From: Octopus sinensis
Lineage: Eukaryota
Direction of reading: 5' to 3'
Length of the DNA: 64,000 nt
Assembly: GCF_006345805.1 (NCBI RefSeq)
Contig: NC_043021.1
Span: 2,728,001 to 2,792,000, forward strand
Shown piece after piece: positions 48,956-58,600 of the stretch (the first letter of the stretch is position 1; each line of letters opens with the position of its first letter). The notes under the pieces are model-generated. The model searched no databases and was not told where the DNA came from. It was given only the letters and a program-made list of their open reading frames with translations. The translations under genes and the position numbers were made by a program.

Positions 48956-49092
48956 CTCATCATCTTTTATTAAACTTTTAATACATATTTAAAATAATAT
49001 AAATGAATTAATTTTATGTACTGGCTTATGTTTTTCATTGTTTGATTTGCCTAATAGTGGTTTTATCTCTAATTTAATATAATATATATATG

Positions 49093-49365
49093 TGGAGACA
49101 CAATGGCCCAGTGGTTAGGGCAGCGGACTCGCGGTTTCGATTCCCAGACTGGGCGTTGTGAGTGTTTATTGAGTGAAACACCTAAAGCTCCACGAGGCTC
49201 CGGCAGGTGGGGGGTGATCCCTGCTGTACTCTTTCGCCACAACTTTCTTCTGCTGGCCTGCCCACTTAGCCAGCGGGGTGGCGTCATTTGAAGGCTAAAA
49301 CAATGCAAAACGCATTGTGACCAGCAATGTGTAGCAACATCTGATAGCCTGGTCAGTCACGGTGA
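49093..49365 (+). mobile_element. tRNA-derived SINE, head E plus tail T2
   Basis: Same head as 22598, with tail GGCCTG...AGCCAGCGGGGTGGCGTCAT...GTCACGGTGAT. Also at 24445-24705(-) and 1011-1175(-, partial). Head E with other tails at 8628-8955 and 43755-44005. Confidence 0.75.
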
Positions 49366-49407
49366 TATATATATATATACAATTATCAAGTACTCACCCT
49401 GAATTTC

Positions 49408-49439
<32 letters not shown>

Positions 49440-50795
49440 TATACATATATACACAACTTTTCAGAACTAAATTTTTTATTAAAGGAGTGGGAAGAGGTAA
49501 ACAGAAGGCAGTAATCATTGCTAATTGTTGATTTTAAAGTACACCTTTTATGCATGCAGGCCACGAGCACACATTTTGAGTACCTAATTTAATCTACTAC
49601 TTCTACAACGGGCCCTTTGTGAAGTTACGAAGTAACTGACTCTGAAGTATATTTGATACGTAAATACCCATTTTGTAGCCAGATTACTTGATGTCACATT
49701 TGTATTTGGTATTAATTTAGGATTATACAGGGGAAATGTGTATAGCTTACTAATTAAGGATAACGTGTGGAAATCTTGCTTGGCTTCAGAATTCAAAAGA
49801 GCATACCCTTTACTCTTTTACTTGTTTCAGTCATTTGACTGCGGCCATGCTGGAGCACCGCCTTTTAGTCGAGCAAACCAACCCCGGGACTTATTCTTTG
49901 TAAACCCAGTACTTATTCTATCAGTCTCTTTTGCCGAACTGCTAAGTTACGGGGACGTAAACACACCAGCATCGGTTGTCAAGCAATGCTAGGGGACAGA
50001 CACACAAACACATACATATATACGACAGGCTTCTTTCAGCATCTAGAGGAATTTTTACTGTTTAGTTCCAGTGCCATAATGAATGTTATACAGATGAGAG
50101 ATATGATGCTGGTCTACACAGTAATAGTGTTACATAGATGAGACTGATGATGCTAGTCTTTTTATTTAGGGTAAACACTTGTGCTCAAGTGCAGGAGTCG
50201 ATGTCTTATTGGACAGTGAAGCAGCTCTATAGGTATTTCAGCAACACCAGAGCTGCCCAGGGGCCATCCACCTGCGTAAGTGACAAAACCCCCCCATACA
50301 ACAGCACAAGCTTTATCGAGTCAGATGTTGTTACCCTGGGCCAGATGGTTCTGCCACTGTCACTGCTTGCTCCCTGCTGCACCACCACCACTCAGCCTCT
50401 CTCTCTCTTGAACCAGACGTCAGCTAACATTTCCTTCATAATCTTGTATTTATTTCTCCGCAAGTAAAGCGAGACACACGAAACGACATATGCTCTACAA
50501 ATACACGAAAGCATGCAGAGGGTTTGAAATCAAGACCTCAGTTCTTCAATTCCCCAGTGAGGGTCACTCGACCTCTTAAACTGGATTATTATCACTACAA
50601 CCATTTACATTGTGAGCTCAAATCCAGTCAGAGACAACTTATTTTACACTTAAAAGTTAATTAGTTCTAAGTCATTTCGTTGCGTTGTCTCTCCCTTCTC
50701 AAATGTGTAGCCTTGTACCAATGTAAGACTTCTATTATTGAGAACAGGCAGAATCGGTAGAGCATCACACAAAATGCCTAGAGGTATTTGACTCA

Positions 50796-51025
50796 AGCGG
50801 CGAGCTGGCAGAAGCGTTAGCACACCGGGCGAAATGCTTAACGGTATTTCGTCTGCCGTTACGTTGTGAGTTCAAATTCCGCCGAGGTCGACTTTGCCTT
50901 TCATCCTTTCGGGGTCGATAAATTAAGTACCAGTTACGCACTGGGGTCGATGTAATCGACTTAATACCTATGTCTGTCCTCGTTTGTCCCCTCTATGTTT
51001 AGCCCCTTGTGGGCAATAAAGAAAT
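50796..51025 (+). mobile_element. SINE family A, single full-length copy
   Basis: Head AGCGGCGAGCTGGCAGAAG to tail AAAGAAAT. 14-bp TSD AGGTATTTGACTCA (50782-50795, 51026-51039). Confidence 0.9.
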
Positions 51026-51902
51026 AGGTATTTGACTCATTTCATTGAGTTCAAATTTTGCCATGCTCAACGAGTCAATAAACTATTAAGTACCAGTCAT
51101 GTAATCGACTACCCTGCCCCCCAAAATTTCAGATCTTGGGGCTAAAACCGAAAGAAATTACCATCATCATCATGATCATGAGTAACAGATTGTTAAGTAT
51201 GACTGGGCAATTGAATGGTTTTTATTTCTGTTGAACAGCTTCGCTTCATCCTTAGTTGCAGACAAAGTTTGTGAAGCAAAAAGAAGCGAGTAGATTGGAG
51301 AAACTTTGGAACAATTTAAAAAGGATGGAGGGGGGCAGAAAATTTAAATAAATTTATTCTAAGATGACCTCTTGTTATATGCTTACACACACACAAATAT
51401 ATATATATATCTCTTTCTCTCTCTCTCTTTTACTAGTTTCAGTCATTTGACTGCGGCCATGCTGGAGCACCGCCTTTAGTTAAGCAAATCGACCCCGGGA
51501 CTTATTCTTTGTAAGCCCAGTACTTATTCTATCGGTCTCTTTTGCCGAACCGCTAAGTGACTGGGACCTAAACACACCAGCATCGGTTGTCAAGCAATGC
51601 TAGGGGGACAAACATATATATATATATACATATATACAACAGGCTTCTTTCAGTTTCCGTCTACCAAATCCACTCACAAGGCTTTGGTCGGCCCGGGGCT
51701 ATAGCAGAAGACACTTGCCCAAGATGCAACGCAGTGGGACTGAACCCGAAACCATGTGGTTGGTAAGCAAGCTACTTACCACACAGCCACTTCTGCGCCT
51801 ATATATATATAATAATTTAATTATAGCCATGAAACGTATGTAGTTTTTACTTATTATATATTTATCATTCTTTTTATACTTTTTGGGGAAAAAAAAAATT
51901 AA

Positions 51903-51933
<31 letters not shown>

Positions 51934-51960
51934 TTATATTATTTGTTATTTATGTTTTGT

Positions 51961-52155
51961 AGGCGCGGGCATGGGTGTGTGGTTAGGGGGCTTGCTTCCT
52001 AGCTACATGGTTTCGGGTTCAGTCCCACTGCGTGGCACTTTGGGCGGGTGTCTCTACTATAGCCCCGAGTTGACCGAAGCTCTGTGATTGAATTCGGTAG
52101 GCGGAAGTTACTGCCGTGTATGTGTAGGTGCTCAGCGCCTCTCCGAAAGATAGAG
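51961..52155 (+). mobile_element. Short family-B-related SINE (B head, different body, (GA)n tail)
   Basis: Head as family B, then GAATTCGGTAGGCGGAAGTTACTGCCGTG...CCTCTCCGAAAGA. Related copies at ~12300-12400, 26780-26975(-) and 37500-37692(-). Confidence 0.7.
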
Positions 52156-52631
52156 AGGTTTTGGTTTATGTCTATCACTGTTTGAGTTGCCTAATAGTGG
52201 TTTTATCTCTAATTCATATTTCATATATATATATATATATATACATACATACACACACACACTAATTAACAGCCAAGACTTATACAAATATATAAAAACT
52301 AAATGACAGATTTCAGAAAGGAAAACATTATTTTTGAGAACAAAGACAAGAGAGAGAATGAGCTGCTTGGTAGAAATTGAACTCGGCATCAACATCACTG
52401 GAATCTCATTTGGTGTTCTGTCATTGATTTTTTTCTTTTTTTTTCCTTTTGTCCCCACATTTGAATTCTTGTCCACCGGTGCCTACCATTTCAATGGTTC
52501 GATGGCATTTACATTAAAAACAGAAAATAATTCTTACTTGATCCCATTGGCTTAAAAGTGAAAAAAAAAAAAAATTTCAACCCATATCAAAATAAAAAGG
52601 AAGGGGTTTAATGTTCGTTAGAAGTTTAGTC

Positions 52632-55600
52632 TCATGGGAGTTGTGTGGGTTCAAGGAAATTTGCATCAATGGGTGAATCAGTGTTGTATAACAATGATGG
52701 AGACGGTAATGAATTAATCTGTGGCTGCTCAGGAAGGGATTCCTGAGGTGGGGGTGGTGGTTGTTGTTGTTGTTGTTCTGTGAGAGAAACAAGTGCTACC
52801 TGTGCTGACACCTGGGATTGGATAGGGACAAGAGGAGGAGGTAACTTGTGAGTTTCCTCGCTGACTTCATCGATTTCGACTTTGACCTTACGCGGTTTGA
52901 TGGTCAGTGGGTTTCGTTCGAGAACATTCTGGATTTCCTGTTTGAAGTTCTCCTTGAACTCTTCGACGTCTCTCTGCAGTTGCATGGCTTCGGCCATCAC
53001 CTTGTCGTGCCGCTTCTGCATCTCGGTCAACCTCTGCAGGTTCTCGTACATCAAGCGCATGCCTTCGCACATGTATTCGTTGCCACGCGAGGGAGGAGTC
53101 GCTTCTCCGGACATGTAGCGTTCAAACTCCACCTGGTTCAAACTAAGTGAGTCGGCAGCAATGTTCTCAATGAATGCCACAGCACAACACTGGCAATAAA
53201 CAAAACACAAGTGTTAATATCTACACGAAAAACAGAGACACAAACAAACAATTGGATTTAATTATTATAATAATAATCCTTTCAACTAAAGGCACAAAGC
53301 CTGCAAATGGTTTTGTTTTACTGTCAGCTACTTTTAGCCAACCCTGTGTGTGTGTGTGTGTGTGTGTATACCCATGGAAAGCGGACATTAAATGATGATG
53401 ATGATATATATATATATATATGTGTGTGTGTATGTATGTATGAAAGAGAGACATACCTAATTACAGAGAAGATTTTCTAACTAGAAAGTATATGGCCTGG
53501 TCAGCCTGTAATGACATGCATAAGATCTGGTCATCAAATCTAAGTAGAGACTTCAAACTTGAAATCTTCAAAGCCACAGTCGAACCAATTCTACTATATG
53601 GCTCAGAAACCTGGACGTTATCAAAGAAGCTTGAGAGGCAGTTTAGATGGAACCTACACTCGCCTCCTTATGAGAGCTCAAAATCTCTCGTGGAGGCGCC
53701 ATCCAACTAAAATGCAAATATATGGGAAATTACCACCTGTGTCATCTCTTGTGAAAGGTAGGAGAGTCCAGTTTGCTGGACATTGTTGTAGAGCTGAAAA
53801 AGAAGTAATTTCTACTCTTCTCCTCCGGAAGCCATCTACTCGCAACACCAGAGGGCGCACACTCTCCTACCCTGATGTAATCTCCAGGGATACAGGCATC
53901 CAGCAACAGGACCTCCGTAATGCTATGATGGACCGTGAAGTCTGGCGTAGCATGGTAAATTCCATTGTCTCGACCACGGTCGAACAATGATGACGATGAC
54001 AGAGAATTATCAAAGCAAACACAGATTAATTGTTAACCGTTTAGCATTTAAACTGGCCATATCTGGCCCAAATATTGTTTTATGTTAAAGTATATTTCTT
54101 TACTAACACCGAGAGGACAGACAAATGGATTAAGTCGACTACATCGACCACAGTGCATAACTGATACTTAATTTATCGACCCCGAAAGGATGAAAGGCAA
54201 AGTCGACCTCGGCAGAATTTGAACTTGGAACGTAACGACAGACGAAATACGCCCGGCGTGCTAACGTTTCTGCCAGCTCGCCGGGCAAGGTCTGGCCTCT
54301 CACCCCTATCCTTCAGTGTCATTCTAAAAACAAACAATCACATCACTGAAGTCTCAAAGCTACAAGACAATGCACGATTAATTCAAAACTATGAATAGAG
54401 AAGCATCACATTTGACAAATGCATTGAGTGTACAGGTGGAAGTGGAGAGTATGTAGACCAAAGAAATCTCTATCAGCACAATGCTAAACGGTTAAAAAAG
54501 GTTGTTACATGGAAACCCAGATACTTACAAGGTTGGTGAAATAATAGCCAGCCTCACCACTCATAAGGCGGCTGGGGTTGGAAAACCGGGTGATGTACTG
54601 GATATTGGACTGGAGTAAAGGCGGGTTAGCCTTTAGGACAATGTAAATTAGAGCAGGCAGGAATTCATCGGCGCTGGCTGGACTGTCTTTCGATGCACGC
54701 AACACTTCAAATATATGTTTGCTGCATTTCACCAAACATGCTAATTTGTCTTGCGGTGCACGTTTCGAATTCATTTCAATAATATCTGCAATATCAGCAA
54801 ATTATTTGTTCAATTAAATTAGCATCGTTGATAAAATATAATCAGAAATAGCTAATTTAGCTCTTAGATTACTTGTTATATATAAAAAAACAGGATTTAA
54901 AAAGGGCAAGAATAATCCGGAGAGTATTCTTGCACATGTGGCTGTGTGGTCAAGTACTTTGCTTCAAAACCACTTGGTTCTGGGTTCAGTACCATGGCAT
55001 GGCACCTTGGGCAGGTATCTTCTATTATAGCCCTGTGATAACCAAATCCTGTGAGAGGATTTGGCAAACAGAAACTGAAAGAAGCTCATTACATATGTGT
55101 GTATATATACCCGTGCACGTGTGTGTTTGTCCTTCTGATAGTTGTAAACAAGTATCCCTGTCATATAAGATGTGTTGTTTGTTTACAATTTTCCATTGAA
55201 ACATGTCCAGCCACATGGAAACATTATCTTGCCTTGAAAAAAGGTGAGGTTTGGTGATAGGAAAGGCATCCAGCCATAGAAAATCTACTTCGACATATTC
55301 CAGCTGTGTACAGAAAAGGGGGGATGTTGAAATCATCGTCGTTTAGCGTCCGCTTTCCATGCTAGCATGGGTTGGACGGTTCAACTAGGGTCTGGGAAAC
55401 CAGAAGGCTGCGCCAGGCCCAGTCTGATCTGGCAGGGTTTCTACAGCTGGATGCCCTTCCTAACGCCAACCACTCCAAAAGTGTAGTGGGTGGGTGCTTT
55501 TTACGTGCCACCTGCACAGGAGCCAGACGAGGCTGGCAACAGCCACAATCGGATGGTGATGAAAGAAAGAGACTGAGGGAGAGTTATTTAACCTGCTAGA

Positions 55601-58600
55601 AATAGCAGCTAAACTATTCTCAGATAACACCTTAAGACAAACAAAAGAAAAAGGTCACATCAGCTCATATACTGAGATACTGTTTGCAAAAAAAAAAAAA
55701 AGAAAGATGGTTATGTATGGATTGTCTCTTATCAATGGTTAACCTGATCGGGGATGATGTGAAACTATTAACGAATTCATTAAAGCATTTAGTCTGATGC
55801 TTTACCATTTCTGTCAATTTACCTGTAATTGCCTGGTCCACCAGTTGTCGAACCGCAGGTTCATGTTCAGCAATAGACATGTCCAGCATCTGTGGATTGA
55901 CCCAATGGAAACTTCGAATACGAGCCTGGATGGTCAAGTCTTTCTCCTCATCATTGGTGTGTGGAGAACAGAAAACCAACCGGTACAGAGTTGTCATGAT
56001 GAATTTTTCTATGTAATCCATAAGCTGTTCTGTGGTTTCTGCAGTGCAACCTGTTGAGTATAAGGGTAGAGGATAAGGTAGAGGATAAGGGTAGAAAACA
56101 GAGGAGTGGAAAAACTGGAAGCTGGGTTAATAAGTCGGTTAGGTTACAGGGACGGTTTCTGATTCAACTGCCGGTCCCATAATTTCCAGTCATACTGAGA
56201 TAAAGAGATGAAATTAATTCTATGAATCCCTCCCACCTCTCAAAAATTGCTCTTTCTCTTCAAAGACAAAAAGTACCCCAACCATGCCCCACACCAACAA
56301 ATGATACGTCCTCTACAAAAGTTCAAGGCAGACAGCCTATAATAAAAAAACCACTCTCGTATTTTAGGACAGTGCAACTATGCAACCAATAAAAGGTCAT
56401 CCAATTGATTGGCATGAACTCCTTCACCCACAAGCTCTAACCCCTAGCTTTCCCCACACAAATGCTGTCCCTCCTCACTCAGCCTTTTCTACTGTTACTA
56501 CATTGACCACTGATCTTTGGAACTGGCCAGTCTCTAACCTCCACTCAAGCATTCCCTCACCACCCCATGTTCCATTTCTCTACTACCCACAAGGGGCCAA
56601 ACAAGGACAGACAAAGAGATCAAGTCGATTACATCGACCCCAGTGCGTAACTGGTACTTAATTTATCGACCCCGAAAGGATGAAAGGCAAAGTCGACCTC
56701 GGCGGAATTTGAACTCGGAACATAAGAACAGATGAAATACGGCTATGCATTTCGCCCAGTGTGCTAACGTTTCTGCCAGCTCGCCACCCCATGTTCTGTC
56801 CACCACTACCCTAGACCCCTGCACTAAACATAAATCCAAGTCTTTCCAGTCCAGAATATTAATTCTCTGGAATTCCGTCCTGTCCACATTTTCCCTACAG
56901 TCTTCAACTTACAACAGGAAAAAGAGTCTGGACTTTTCATAAACTGTACAACCCCATTTTTTTTTTATTATCAGAAACTAGCAGTATCGCCCGGCGTTGC
57001 TCGGGTTTGTAAGGGAAATAACTATATAAGCATTTTTAGAGAGTTACTTCCCTTATAGATGCCAATTCGGGCTTTGTTAGCCATTTCTGTTTTGGTGTCT
57101 TCAAGCCATGAAGTCGTTGTTCTAAAAGAACGCTGGTCTCCTTGACAACGCTTTACGACGTTGATTTCCTTACACTCCCTTCCCCACAGCTTCACGAGGG
57201 AGGGACGAAGGGGGAGAAGCAACACAGGTGCAGATGTGAGCATGGACGCCAACTCCGCCGCCATCGACACATGAAAAAATATGCATTAAAATGGAATAAA
57301 AAATGATGTTAAATTTTTTTTTAAATCGTAGACTCATCGTTGACGCGCGCTAATACTCAGACGGGCTCGATATGAATCACGACTATAAGATACCCGAATT
57401 TGGTTAAACTGCACCGCAAAATGTGGGAGTAGTTAGGAATCTAAATCGAAGGGGACAGACACTCACACAACTACAGTTTTATATATATATAGATATGTTT
57501 GGCATGAAACAGTTCAAACTTACTGCTATAAAGCGGGGTTCCATGGAATTGATCAGACATGCTCTGGTAGAAATCTTGCACCATTTCAGACAGTTCCTCA
57601 ATGGAATAGTCAGTGAGGTTATGGATCCGTTCATTCAAGTTTCGCACTCGTTTGGAAACGTCGAGTGCAACTGGCTTCTTTAAAGTTTGAAGGAATTCAG
57701 CAAATTCACCACCAACCTGCTGACTCTCCAGGCTAGCACGTCGCACCTCCTTCTTTCGGGTGGCCAATTGATCCGGAGAAGATTCTGGAAGAATAAGAGA
57801 AAAAAAAATGATTTAGTATTTAGAAGTGAGACAACAACAATGATTGTTACTAAAAGTCCTCTGCAATTCCTTCTCTCTTTTTACTCTTTTACTTGTTTCA
57901 GTCATTTGACTGTGGCCATGTTGGAGCACTGCCTTTAATCGAGCAACTCGACCCTGGGACTTATTCTTTTGTAAGCCCAGTACTTATTCTATCGGTCTCT
58001 TTTGCCGAACCGCTAAGTAACGGGAACATAAACACACCAGCATCGGTTGTCAAGCAATGCTAGGGGACAAACACAGACACACATATATATATACATATAT
58101 ATACGACAGGCTTCTTTCAGTTTCCGTCAACCAAATCCACTCACAAGGCTTTAGTCGGCCCGAAGCTATAGTAGAAGACACTTGCCCAAAGTGCCACGTA
58201 GTGGGACTGAACCCGGAACCATGTGGTTGGTAAACAAGCTACTTACCACACAGCCACTCCTGCATTTTTTTTTTGCAATCATTGACCGGCTTATTATTCA
58301 CTTTGATTTCATCAGAACCAGAAAGCTTTTGAAGATCATGGGCACTAAACCTCATAGACTCAGGTCTTGCATGGACCCTAGTATTGATAAGGCTTGAACT
58401 TAATCTGGTTAACATGTCATGTAAGTGACTGAGATTACAATGTTTGTCCCTATACCTAACAATGCCATTCAAAACTTAAGCAATCATATATAATATAATG
58501 AAATCATTGTATACAGTGCTCAGGTGCACCACAACTTGTCAGAGTATATGCAGTAATGTACAAATGTCTGGAAAGCGAACAATGCATGAGTCAGATACAT

